From NCBI RefSeq assembly GCF_006345805.1, contig NW_021827273.1, forward strand, positions 1-10,850: 10,850 nt of DNA, read 5' to 3'. How positions within the stretch are numbered: position 1 is the stretch's first letter; every line of letters starts with the position of its first letter. The DNA is from Octopus sinensis. Its lineage: Eukaryota. Position numbers and translations under genes: made by a program. The notes below the pieces were generated by a model. That model saw only the letters and a program-made list of their open reading frames with translations, was not told where the DNA came from and made no database searches. This document shows, piece by piece, positions 1-8,793 of this stretch.

Positions 1-1107
1 AACTTCCTCAAGTACCACTTGAAAAGGAAGTGAGAGTAGAGAGGCAAGTTTTGTCTAGCGAATGTTTTAAAAAAAGATGGGTGAATGTAGCAAGAATGGC
101 ACGTATGAATGACGAAGCCACCTTGAGCATGATCCTATGAACCAGAATTGAAACAGAGAGTTGCTTATTTGCAAAAAAAAAAAAAAAAAGAAATATAACA
201 TGTCACTACCCATTGACCGAGGTTACCGTGGTCTTTTCCGTAGGCTTTTCTTTCCACTGGTAAACCTCACCTGTCTCCCCCTTTACACTTCATATTGACA
301 TTTCTGTGATAACGATCCCTATTGATCAATTTTTTTTTTTCCTCTCCCCCTTTTTTTAACCAACCCCCCTTTTTTTGTCCTCTTTCTCTCCTTTTACGAT
401 CCCTTTTGATCGAAACTCCCCCTTCCATTTTTTATTTATTGTTTTTTTAAACCTTCAAAAAAAAGCTCTACCTTGTAATTTGTTCTATCTGTGTGCCCCC
501 TGTGTGGCTAATAAAGAAACATATCTATCTCTACCTATCTATCTATATATCTTTCTATCTATCTGTCTGTCAATCTCTCATCAACTTCTTCAAGTACTAC
601 TTGAAAAGGAAAGTGAGAGTAGAGAGGCAAGTTTTGTCTAGCGAATGTTTTAAAAAAAGATGGGTGAATGTAGCAAGAATGGCACGTATGAATGACGAAG
701 CCACCTTGAGCATGATCCTATGAACCCAGAAATTGAAAACAGAGAGTTGCTTATTCGCAAAAAAAAAAATAGAAATATAACATGTGACTCCATTGACCGA
801 GGTTACCGTGGTCTTTTCCGTAGGCTTTTCTTTCCACGGGTAAACCTCACCTGTCCTCCCCTTTACACTTCATATTGACATTTCTGTGATAACGATCCGT
901 ATTGATCAAAAAAAAAATTTTTTGTTTCCTCTCCCCCTTTTTTTTAACCCCCCTTTTTTTGTCCTCTTTCTCTCCTTTTACGATCCCTTTTGATCGAAAC
1001 TCCCCCTTCCTTTTCCTTTTTTTTTTTTTAAACCTTCAAAGAAAAGCTCTACCTACCTTGTAATTTGTTCTATCTGTGTGCAGCCCTGTGTGGCTAATAA
1101 AGAAACA

Positions 1108-1110
<3 letters not shown>
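1..1110. repeat. Direct tandem duplication, unit ~582-586 bp (copy 1: 1-~540, starting at or before the window edge; copy 2: 583-~1110). Each unit ends in AATAAA followed by a (TATC)n tail.
   Basis: aacttcctcaagtaccacttgaaaagg (1) matches aacttcttcaagtactacttgaaaagg (583). The copies are colinear to gtgtggctaataaagaaacatatctatct, with an identical stretch of >100 bp, roughly 10 substitutions and many homopolymer-length differences. Confidence 0.95.
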
Positions 1111-1168
<58 letters not shown>

Positions 1169-1172
1169 ATCT

Positions 1173-1232
<60 letters not shown>
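1107..1232. repeat. Compound microsatellite (TATC)n-(TC)n-(TA)n
   Basis: Read directly from the sequence. Confidence 0.97.
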
Positions 1233-1236
<4 letters not shown>

Positions 1237-1625
1237 CTGGAGATGAATGGATTTATGGTTAGATCGTATGTGATCTTCTTCTAGCATATGGCTGTCCACA
1301 TAGTGGTTTTTAGCCCTAAATATACACATGTATATATATATATATTAAACAATGATAGTTTTGATTGTTATTTTCATATTTGTGTATGTCTATGTCTCTA
1401 TTTGTGCGTTATCACCATCATCATCATCATCATCATCACCATCATTATCATCATTTAACATCCACTCACCATACTGGCATGTGTCGGCTGGTTTGACAGG
1501 AGATTATGAGTCGGTGAGCTGCCCCACGTTCCTGTCTGATTTGGCATGGTTTCTACAGCTCGATGTCCTTCCTAATGCTAACCACCCCAGGTGTGTAACT
1601 GGTGCTTTCAGATGCCACCGGCACG

Positions 1626-1845
1626 GGTGCCACTTGCATGACACCGACAATGGCACGACTACGATTCACGGATGGTTGCCATTTAAATGGCACCACCAAC
1701 GACGATAATTCCCAGGTGCCAATTTACATGGCACCATCGGTGACCACAACTATGATACCCAGGTGTCATTGACATGGCACCGGAAGCGAACAGCCACGGC
1801 TATGATGCACGGCTGCCACTTATAGGACACTGGCACGACCACATC
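1626..1845. repeat. Five-unit degenerate minisatellite (period 41-49 bp) in the RTE 3' UTR; each unit carries an imperfect GGTGCCA-N6/7-TGGCACC palindrome
   Basis: Palindromes at 1626-1645, 1674-1694, 1715-1735, 1762-1781 and 1811-1830. The intervening segments share an ACRRCTAYGAT-like motif (e.g. 1655-1665, 1746-1756, 1796-1806). Confidence 0.8.
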
Positions 1846-1888
1846 CTTATCGTCACTTGGCCTGACATGTCCTCTCCCGCAGAGAATA

Positions 1889-3170
1889 TCACCAGGGCTC
1901 TCGGTCACTTGTCATCTCCTCTATGATGTCCAACGGTTGGAGATCATTCTTCATCAACTCATCGAAAGTCTTCTTGGGTCTCCGTCTTCCAAAGGATCCT
2001 TCCACAGTTAGAGATCGGCACTTTTTGATACAGCTGTCCATGTCCATACACATCGCAAGACCATACCAACGCAGACGTCTCTCTTGCACACCCTATTTGA
2101 TGTCTTCAATGCTCAGCTTTTCTCTCAAGACTCCTATACTCTGTCGTACATGCACACTGACATTTTACATCCAGCGAGGCCTACTGGCTTCATTTCTTTC
2201 AAGCCTATGGAAGTCCTCAGAGAGGTCACATCCCATGTTTCACTGACATGTAACATAGTTGTTTACACACAGGCATCATAACGTCTGCCTTTCAATCTCA
2301 GGGAGACGCTCTTTGTTACCATTAGAGTTAAGATTACTCTGAACTTTGCACGTCTTATTCTTATTCTTGCAGCTACACTCAAGGAACAACCAACCACACT
2401 CCTGACTTGGCCACCTAGATGGCGGAAACTATCAACTCCCAGTAGCTTACCTACCTGGCAATTGATGGGCTCTATTTTCTCTACATTTGTGCTGTTTATT
2501 GTACCTGTGCACCTTCCACACAGAAAAACTATTATCCCCGTTAACCTTCCTCTGATATTGCTGCAACACTTATGTGTCCATACCTTACACTGGGCACATC
2601 TTATGAACTTCCTACCTACGCTTTTTCTACAGATCGAACAGTGCCATCTTCCTAAGGGGATTTGTGAATTGTCCGCTTTCCTACTTACTAAGATTGTTTT
2701 TTTTAGATGAAGTTTAAGGCTTGTTGATTCTAGTCCTTACTGATATACCTAAAATTTACCTAGTTCTGAAAGTTATTCGGCTATGATAACAAGGTCATCA
2801 GCATTGGAGATCTCCTAGAAGCGGTCATCTTAAATCCCTCTGTTATTGCCTGGAGGACTCTGATAAACAGGAAGGCGCTGAGGACTAATCCTACTTGTAC
2901 CCTAATTGATTGCTACACACGATGCTAAACCTCACCCTACTGACAGCATCCCTGTACATGACTTGTAACGCTCTCACCAACCATTCGTCCATCCCTAGCT
3001 TTTGCAGTGACCAGCAAATAAGGGATCGAGGGATCCTGTCAAAGCCTTTCTTCCGTGTTTAACAAATACCATGTACAAGGTTTTATCTTTGGCTTTGTAT
3101 TCTCCTGCATCTGCCTTATCAGAATATAGCATCAGAGGTGCTTTCGCTGTGGCATAAAACTAAATTGCAG
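1889..3170 (-). pseudogene. RTE ORF2 remnant (RT domain plus C-terminus) with stops and frameshifts
   Basis: Minus-strand peptides in order: LQFSFMPQR..STSDAIF, KGFDRIPRSLICWSLQKLGMDEWLVRALQVMYRDAVSRVR, EISNADDLVIIAE* (catalytic YADD changed to NADD, 2794-2805), KTILVSRK, GVDSFRHLGGQV..SVAARIRIRRAKFR..LKGRRYDACV*TTMLHVSETW, QERRLRWYG..CIKKCRSLTVEGSFGRRRPKKTFDELMKNDL..MTSDREPW (typical RTE C-terminus). Confidence 0.92.
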
Positions 3171-3599
3171 AAATGGAGTTAATGAAGTTGTTTATTCATC
3201 GCAAACGTTTGTTTCAATCCATCTTGCATCGGGCCCTTCAGGTAGGATATTGTATAACTGGTTGTGGTACATCCTCCGGTGCAGATGCATGTCATCGGGT
3301 GTCTTCTTTTAAAGAAGATACCTCTGTAAATATATTCGGGTTCGCTTGGAATGTTGTTGTTGCCAGAAGGCTGTTGTCTCTCATGTTGTAATCCAAGAAG
3401 CTTCTAGCAACAACATGTCAAGTGAAACTGAATATATTTAGTGAGGTATCTTTACATTAAAACAAGGCACCCGATGAGATGCATCTGCACTGGAGGATGC
3501 AACACAACATGTATAGTAGCCCACCCGCAAGCGACCGATGCAAGATGGGTCGAAACGGTCGTTGTGATGCATATTCTCGTGAACTCCGTTTCCCCAATT
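3163..3599. repeat. Long imperfect inverted repeat (foldback): arms 3163-3369 and 3401-3599, 31-nt spacer
   Basis: The reverse complement of the left arm aligns colinearly with the right arm, e.g. cacccgatgacatgcatctgcaccggaggatg vs cacccgatgagatgcatctgcactggaggatg, and gaatatatttacagaggtatctt vs gaatatatttagtgaggtatctt. Identity is roughly 75-80% by eye. Confidence 0.9.
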
Positions 3600-4039
3600 C
3601 ATTATATGTATTTATATATGTAACACTGATGTTTATGTGTGTGTGTGCGTGCGTGCGCATTAGTTTTATGCATGTGGACGCTAACCGGCTCAGCAGTTTT
3701 ATGAACCCCTTATTAATGTAGCAACGTCAAAAGTAAACATTAGAAATCATAATTCTTCTTTACTTGACTTGATCTGCTAATCATGTGTTTACTCTAGTTC
3801 TGTTGCCCTACAACTTACTATAGTGAGGGGCAAATGTAGGACATCTTAATATGTTTATCATGTCTCTAACACACACATGTATCAGGTTATAGAAGGTCCT
3901 TATGGAAGATTTATTTCACTGACAAACATCAAATGTATTTGATCAGTTTGATCTAGTACCCAGTAGAAAACTGTAATGACATTGATATCAACCCTGATTT
4001 TCATGTAAATTTTCATTTTCCATTTTTACCTCCACAAAG

Positions 4040-4245
4040 GATTCGGTGAATTTAGAATTGTGAACAAAGAATATAGGACACCATTGCTTGAAGCTGTTTC
4101 GGACGGTCACCTCGGAATAATGCAGCGGCTGATAGCCAGGGACGCGAATGTAAATGCCGTCGACCATGGAGGAAATAATTGCCTGCATCTGGCGTTAAAA
4201 AGAGACTTTCATTCTGAGGTGGAGCACATGACCATGTTAGATCAG
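4040..4245 (+). CDS. Internal coding exon of an ankyrin-repeat protein (possibly MIB2-like ankyrin family)
   Basis: Pyrimidine tract ending in AG at 4038-4039 (alternative AG at 4054-4055); donor CAG|GTAAG at 4245/4246, phase 0. Translation FGEFRIVNKEYRTPLLEAVSDGHLGIMQRLIARDANVNAVDHGGNNCLHLALKRDFHSEVEHMTMLDQ contains the ankyrin consensus TPLxxAxxxGHxxxxxxLxxxxAxVNAxDxxGxxxLHLA. Confidence 0.88.
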
Positions 4246-4271
4246 GTAAGTTTTCACATTGTTTGTGACTA

Positions 4272-4364
4272 TGTGTGTGTGTGTGTGTATGTGCGTGTGC
4301 ATTTGTGCGTCTGTGTGTGTGTAAAATAGACAAACAGACAGAGAAAGACAGACAGAAACAGACA
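4272..4364. repeat. (GT)n and (ACAG)n microsatellites
   Basis: Read directly from the sequence. Confidence 0.95.
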
Positions 4365-4759
4365 TTGTTTATATCGCAATTCTCACCTACCAACCCCATC
4401 CTCCATTACCATTTCCTGATCCAGTCACAATGGTAACCCTTAGTTATATTATTATGTAACAAACACTATTCTCTATTCCGTCCCCTTCCGTCCTCAAAGG
4501 CACGACCTCTCCATGGTAGAGAAGGTGATCCATCTCGAATGTTGGCCATACAAACACGGTCATCAAAATTTGAAGGAGAAATGATCTATTCAAGACAGGA
4601 GATATTATTCTGAATTAACAATGATACTGGGTAGAAGAGAGGTTCATATGATAGACAGTAACATTTATAGTGCTGGTGCCATGATAATAAATACATCTTG
4701 TCCATTCCATGAAGAATTCTGCCTGAAACAGCTCTCTGTCACATTTCTTTTATATAAAA

Positions 4760-5080
4760 CTAGCAGCATAGCCCGGCATTGCCTGGGTATGTAAGAGCCC
4801 CTAGTAGGCAACGACTAATCCCAATCTAGTCCTTTCCCTCTAGGGAACGAAGGCGCATGTGTAGGTTGCAATATCTTCTCTTCACTCGAATACTTCTGTG
4901 TATACGATATTCCTAGCTGTCCCTTTGGGCGATAAAAAGTCGAGTTGCGTCCTCTAGACAGATGTGTTGCATATAAAAGTTTAGATTCTCGACTCCATGT
5001 CGAATTTATCGATTTTTTTCAGAACTGGGGAAACTTTTCAAAATTTTCGCTGCGTTAGTTTTGAAATATGACATTGGGCT
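4760..5080 (-). mobile_element. Non-autonomous Helitron-like element; 3' end clear, 5' end not defined (end coordinate approximate)
   Basis: Minus strand reads CCCAGGCAATGCCGGG (GC hairpin, 4787-4772), an 8-nt spacer, CTAG (4763-4760), then T. This is the canonical Helitron 3' terminus (hairpin, CTRR, T). Confidence 0.6.
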
Positions 5081-5335
5081 ATTCCCATATGAATAAAGCT
5101 CACTACAGATGGCTGACTACTATTCAGGCAGTTGATGGTCATCTGTGTATTGTTGTAATGTCTACTTTGGTGAGAGGAACCTACTCTGGCAGCCAGCGAC
5201 CTCCCCACCTACTGGAATAGTCCATCAGACTGAACACTTATCAATCAACTGCGTTGGTGTTCTGCCTCAACTGTGACACCGATTCTTACTTCCCTTACTT
5301 CACTTTCTTCATCAAAAGATGTTTCCTTATTAATT

Positions 5336-5936
5336 CATCATCATCATCATCATCATAATGTATCGACTGTTTTCAAAGCTGGCATGGGTTCGACGCTTTG
5401 ACAGAAGCTGGTCAGCTGAAAAGCTACCTGGGCTCCATATCTCTTTTCGCATGGTTTCGACAGTTGGACGTCCTTCCTAATGCCACCCAATTTACATAAT
5501 GTACTGCGTGCTTTTCTGCAGCACCGACACGGATATTTGTATGTGACACCAGCATGGGTGATTTTTCCGAAGCATCAGCACCCATGATCCCACAAGATTA
5601 GGATATCTCAGACGAAGAATGATACAGGGGTCATGACAGTATGCAAGGACAACGACGACTTAGCTTGGCATATCATCTCAAGTACAGCAGACTGCCAAAA
5701 GTATCGCTCCCATTTCATCCCCTCTGTGAGGCCCAACGTCTGACGGTCCTTTCTCACCACATTATTGCACGTCTTTCTGGGTCTACCCCCTCCACACATT
5801 CCCTCCACAATGAGAGATCACCCTTCTTGATGAAGCTATCTTCATCCATATGCATCACATCCATACCATGGTAGACTTCTCTCTTGCGCACAAAATCCGA
5901 TGCCTTATATACCCTGTTTTTCTCTCCAATCCACTT
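5336..5936 (-). mobile_element. Short 5'-truncated RTE LINE, copy 2 (ORF2 C-terminus, 3' UTR, (TGA)n tail)
   Basis: (TCA)n at 5336-5356; tail blocks shared with copy 1 (ctggcatg, tttgacag, gcatggtttc.acag.t.ga.gtccttcctaatgc). Minus ORF MEGMCGGGRPRKTCNNVVRKDRQTLGLTEGM..RYFWQSAV matches the RTE C-terminal GRGRPRKTW..V..D...LGL motif. Confidence 0.88.
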
Positions 5937-6070
5937 AATTAAAGAAACATTATTGATCTGCGTGGATATGTCTATGTGGTGTTGATTTAGTTGTTATGTC
6001 TGAAGGCCTTGCTATGTTGTTGCTGTTCTCTTTTCTGGTATAACTTATATTATTTGTGGTGTTATTCATA

Positions 6071-6693
6071 TCTATAAGACAGTCCTTTGACGAAAATTTT
6101 ATGCACATTTTGCTTTGGAGGTTAATGGCAGCCAAACCGAGGCAAGGATACTAAATGCGTGGTGAGAATGAGACCCGCGATGGTTAAAATTCGCAAGCTA
6201 TAAGATGTGGTTGCTATGGCAAAAAGAGTGATTTTTTGATCCCTCTATAACGACGTCTCTCTGTCACTCTTTCTTCCACCACCTCTCTCACTGTACATCT
6301 GTCTGTATCTATAGACAGAAAGCGATGACAACCGCAAAAGTTTAAATATTCTCGCCACAGGTCTTTTAGAACGGTGAATTAATATCGCCCACCTCCATCG
6401 CACAGTCATAACAGATATTATTAAACAGATATATTGTGTTAATTTATATATATACTGTGTGCATATGTGGTTGGATTGTGCTAAAAATATGCACACCTAT
6501 GTTAAAAGTGCTAGCGAGTTTGTATTGGAACTTCGAATTTGCTCAATTGAAAGGCATGGACTCTAGGGCAAAATTCCTCATCTTTTAAAATGTGGCCCGC
6601 TTAGACCCGAATGAAATCGGGTTATAATACCAAAACGAGTAAAACAATAATAAACTATTTTAATCCCGAACAAGGCCGGGTATGTATTTCTAA
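6071..6693 (+). mobile_element. Non-autonomous Helitron-like element A (623 bp)
   Basis: 5' A|TCTATAAGAC at 6070/6071; 3' GC-rich hairpin CCCGAACAAGGCCGGG (6665-6680), 9-nt spacer, CTAA (6690-6693, fits CTRR). No transposase ORF. Confidence 0.65.
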
Positions 6694-7186
6694 TCTATCA
6701 AATGAAGAAGGCGAACGATGATACAAATTGGATTTTTATGTAAAAATATGTAATTGGGCCTGGAATGGGATTACAATTTAAAAGAGGGGGTAACTTGCGG
6801 TGAGAAATTGTTTGAGAGACTTTTGGGGCGCTACTGTGGTCGTTTTGGTGTGAAAATAGGGATTTTATTGATTTTGGGGGACAATTGGGGGTTTAGATTG
6901 GACACCTTTTGCCCGATTTCAATCAAATTTTCAACATGGTAAAGTAGAGATTTGTAATTTAAGCACGGAAATCTAATTTTTTATAAATGGGAGATAGATA
7001 GATAGAGAAAAGATAAAAGCAAGAGAAAGTGAGGGAGAGTCCGAGATAAAGGAAGTAAGAGAGTGGGGATGCGAGAGAGAAAGGAGAGAGGAACAAAGAG
7101 GGTGATATGGCGATAAGAAACAAGGAAGCAACAGAAAGTAACAATCACACCCTCACCCACGCGTAGAGCGGGTCACCTTAAGCTAG
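6694..7186 (+). mobile_element. Non-autonomous Helitron-like element B (493 bp), directly abutting element A
   Basis: 5' A|TCTATCAAATG at 6693/6694; 3' hairpin ACCCACGCGTAGAGCGGGT (7155-7173), 9-nt spacer, CTAG (7183-7186), then T. Internal AG-rich tract at ~6990-7135. Confidence 0.68.
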
Positions 7187-7693
7187 TACTTATATGTACA
7201 ATACTCTTCCGTAAGTATTTCTCTTGCTATGGCCATTTGGCTTTATCAAGCCAGTTGTAGAGATAGGTTCTTGTTGGTTTGTTGTCTTTCATTATTGTGA
7301 CATTTCTGTCCTTATATTTTGTATATTTGACTTGATGTTATAATAACTTTATATTGTGTTTTTATTGAATAGTTTGTGACATTTGTGATTGGCAAGTAAA
7401 TATTTACTCATTAAATATCATTGTTAAGCAATAACGTTGACCACTAATGTGCGTTTTGTTCAATATAATGATCATAATTTTTGTCTTAATGTAGAACGTA
7501 AAGTAAAACAAATGATAATGAAAAGTGGACTCAACTAAGAGATGATGTAAGAAATCAACGCTGTGTGAATAGTTTAATCACTGGAGAAACAAAACTATGT
7601 GTAAATGTAGTTGAACTGTTGTGTAATTTGGGGCATCTTTAGTATATGTTTGTGTAATCTTTAACTCATCATTTTATATTTCATCATTTGTAG

Positions 7694-7869
7694 TTCTGCG
7701 TAGAGCTGAAACTGGGAAACGAAGAAAGGTGCTCTGGTGTGGTAGTTGCCAGCTACCTAGCCCACCACGGGGCCAACTTTTACTGTAAAAACAAAAGTGG
7801 CAGAACACCATTGGACCTAATAAAAAAGGAAAATTTAAAAAAGATGTTAAAGACGTTATTCTCACCGCA
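7694..7869 (+). CDS. Next internal coding exon of the ankyrin-repeat gene (not in the supplied ORF track)
   Basis: Acceptor tttcatcatttgtAG|7694; donor CA|GTAAGT at 7869/7870 (phase 2). The phase-0 start matches the end of exon 4040-4245. Open frame FCVELKLGNEERCSGVVVASYLAHHGANFYCKNKSGRTPLDLIKKENLKKMLKTLFSP contains the terminal ankyrin signature YLxxxGAxxxxKNxxGxTPLDL. Confidence 0.88.
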
Positions 7870-8319
7870 GTAAGTATTCACTGGCAATGACAAGATAAAC
7901 CATTACATTTTCTGTTTTGTATATAACCGTGTTTATATGTTTATATTGTTTTAATTCTACTGATACATTATACTGTCTTAGTAGCTTAATGAAAGGTTAG
8001 ACAACAACAGTAAGAAGAACAATAAACAATATGCAGATGTTAAGCTAATTAAAAGAAAGGACACTATTTTGATTACATTCAAATGATTGGTTGCGTTGAC
8101 TGTTATACCTCTCCTAAAATCCCCACCCACCTCTCTCAATTCCCTATTTTAAAGATTTGGGACCAATGAGAAAATGTAGAAGTAAATAGTGAAGTGATGG
8201 AATTTATCTGTCTACCAACAGATTGTTCCTCTGTTTTCTCTGTCCCAGCCAGTCATGTCCATGTGAGCTATCCCGAGAAAATCGCCTACAAACACATACA
8301 ATGAGTGTACATACACGAA

Positions 8320-8528
8320 TACATACATACATACGTATTTATACATACATGCATACGTATTTACATGCATACATAGATACATACATACTATATATATATA
8401 TATATACATATATATACTATATACTATATATATAAATATATATATATTATATATATATATATTATAATATATTTTATATATATAATATATATATTTTATA
8501 TATATATATTATATATTTTATATATTAT

Positions 8529-8574
<46 letters not shown>

Positions 8575-8593
8575 ATATATATATATATATATA
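8320..8593. repeat. (TACA)n/(TA)n microsatellite; left part of the TA tract hosting the Tc1 element
   Basis: Read directly from the sequence. Confidence 0.96.
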
Positions 8594-8793
8594 CTGTGGG
8601 GAGGAAATAAATATTCGTCTGTCAAAATTCTTTATTTAATTTCTAATGAACATAAATGGGATATACCAATACTATATTCACATACACATGCATCAACTAA
8701 GAATATGCAAAAGAAACTAATAAATTATAGTAACTAAGGAATTTATATACAATCATAAATATTTAGGGGTGAAAAAAGTATTCGTACAGAATA
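8594..8793 (+). repeat. Left terminal inverted repeat of the Tc1 element
   Basis: Reverse complement of 9886-10086; the inner ~98 bp differ by one base. Confidence 0.95.

Larger units (their letters stand above)
1411..3170 (-). mobile_element. 5'-truncated, decayed RTE-clade non-LTR retrotransposon (LINE), copy 1, with 3' UTR and (GAT/TGA)n tail
   Basis: The (TCA)n tract at 1411-1454 is the 3' tail on the minus strand. The 3' region 1474-1584 is homologous to RTE copy 2 (5379-5488). Minus-strand translation gives RTE ORF2 motifs (see pseudogene feature). Homology ends near 3165-3170. Confidence 0.93.

Noticed and set aside
375-1708. ORF-track entries 375-641, 493-723, 1078-1284 and 1352-1708
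   Set aside because: They run through tandem repeat, microsatellite or antisense LINE UTR sequence; low complexity, no domain signatures.
1626-1830. CRISPR-like look: palindromic ~20-bp repeats with ~21-29-bp spacers
   Set aside because: The spacers are mutually related, the repeats are degenerate, no cas genes are present, and the array lies in a eukaryotic LINE 3' UTR. It is a minisatellite.
1923-2710. Plus-strand ORFs 1923-2246, 2084-2281 and 2462-2710
   Set aside because: Antisense shadows of the minus-strand RTE ORF2 remnant.
3395-3480. Possible Penelope GIY-YIG C-terminal remnant (KKLLATTCQVKLNIFSEVSLH*NKAP)
   Set aside because: Too short and interrupted; the resemblance cannot be told from chance without a profile search.
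3520-3570. Hammerhead-like ccgatgcaagatgggtcgaaacggtcgt in the right foldback arm
   Set aside because: The core would be CCGAUGC (two changes from CUGANGA), stem II has only 2 bp, and no stem I pairing fits a cleavage site.
4246-4329. Extension of the ankyrin ORF to 4329 (VSFHIVCDYVCVCV..)
   Set aside because: Read-through past the GTAAG donor into a (GT)n microsatellite.
5330-5940. TTAATT on both sides of RTE copy 2 (5330-5335 and 5935-5940) as a target-site duplication
   Set aside because: Only 6 bp of AT-only sequence in an AT-rich region; plausible but not distinguishable from chance.
7495-7546. Segment bounded by a good acceptor (ttttgtcttaatgtAG) and donor (GTAAGA)
   Set aside because: 52 nt with stop codons in all three frames; no support for a coding exon.
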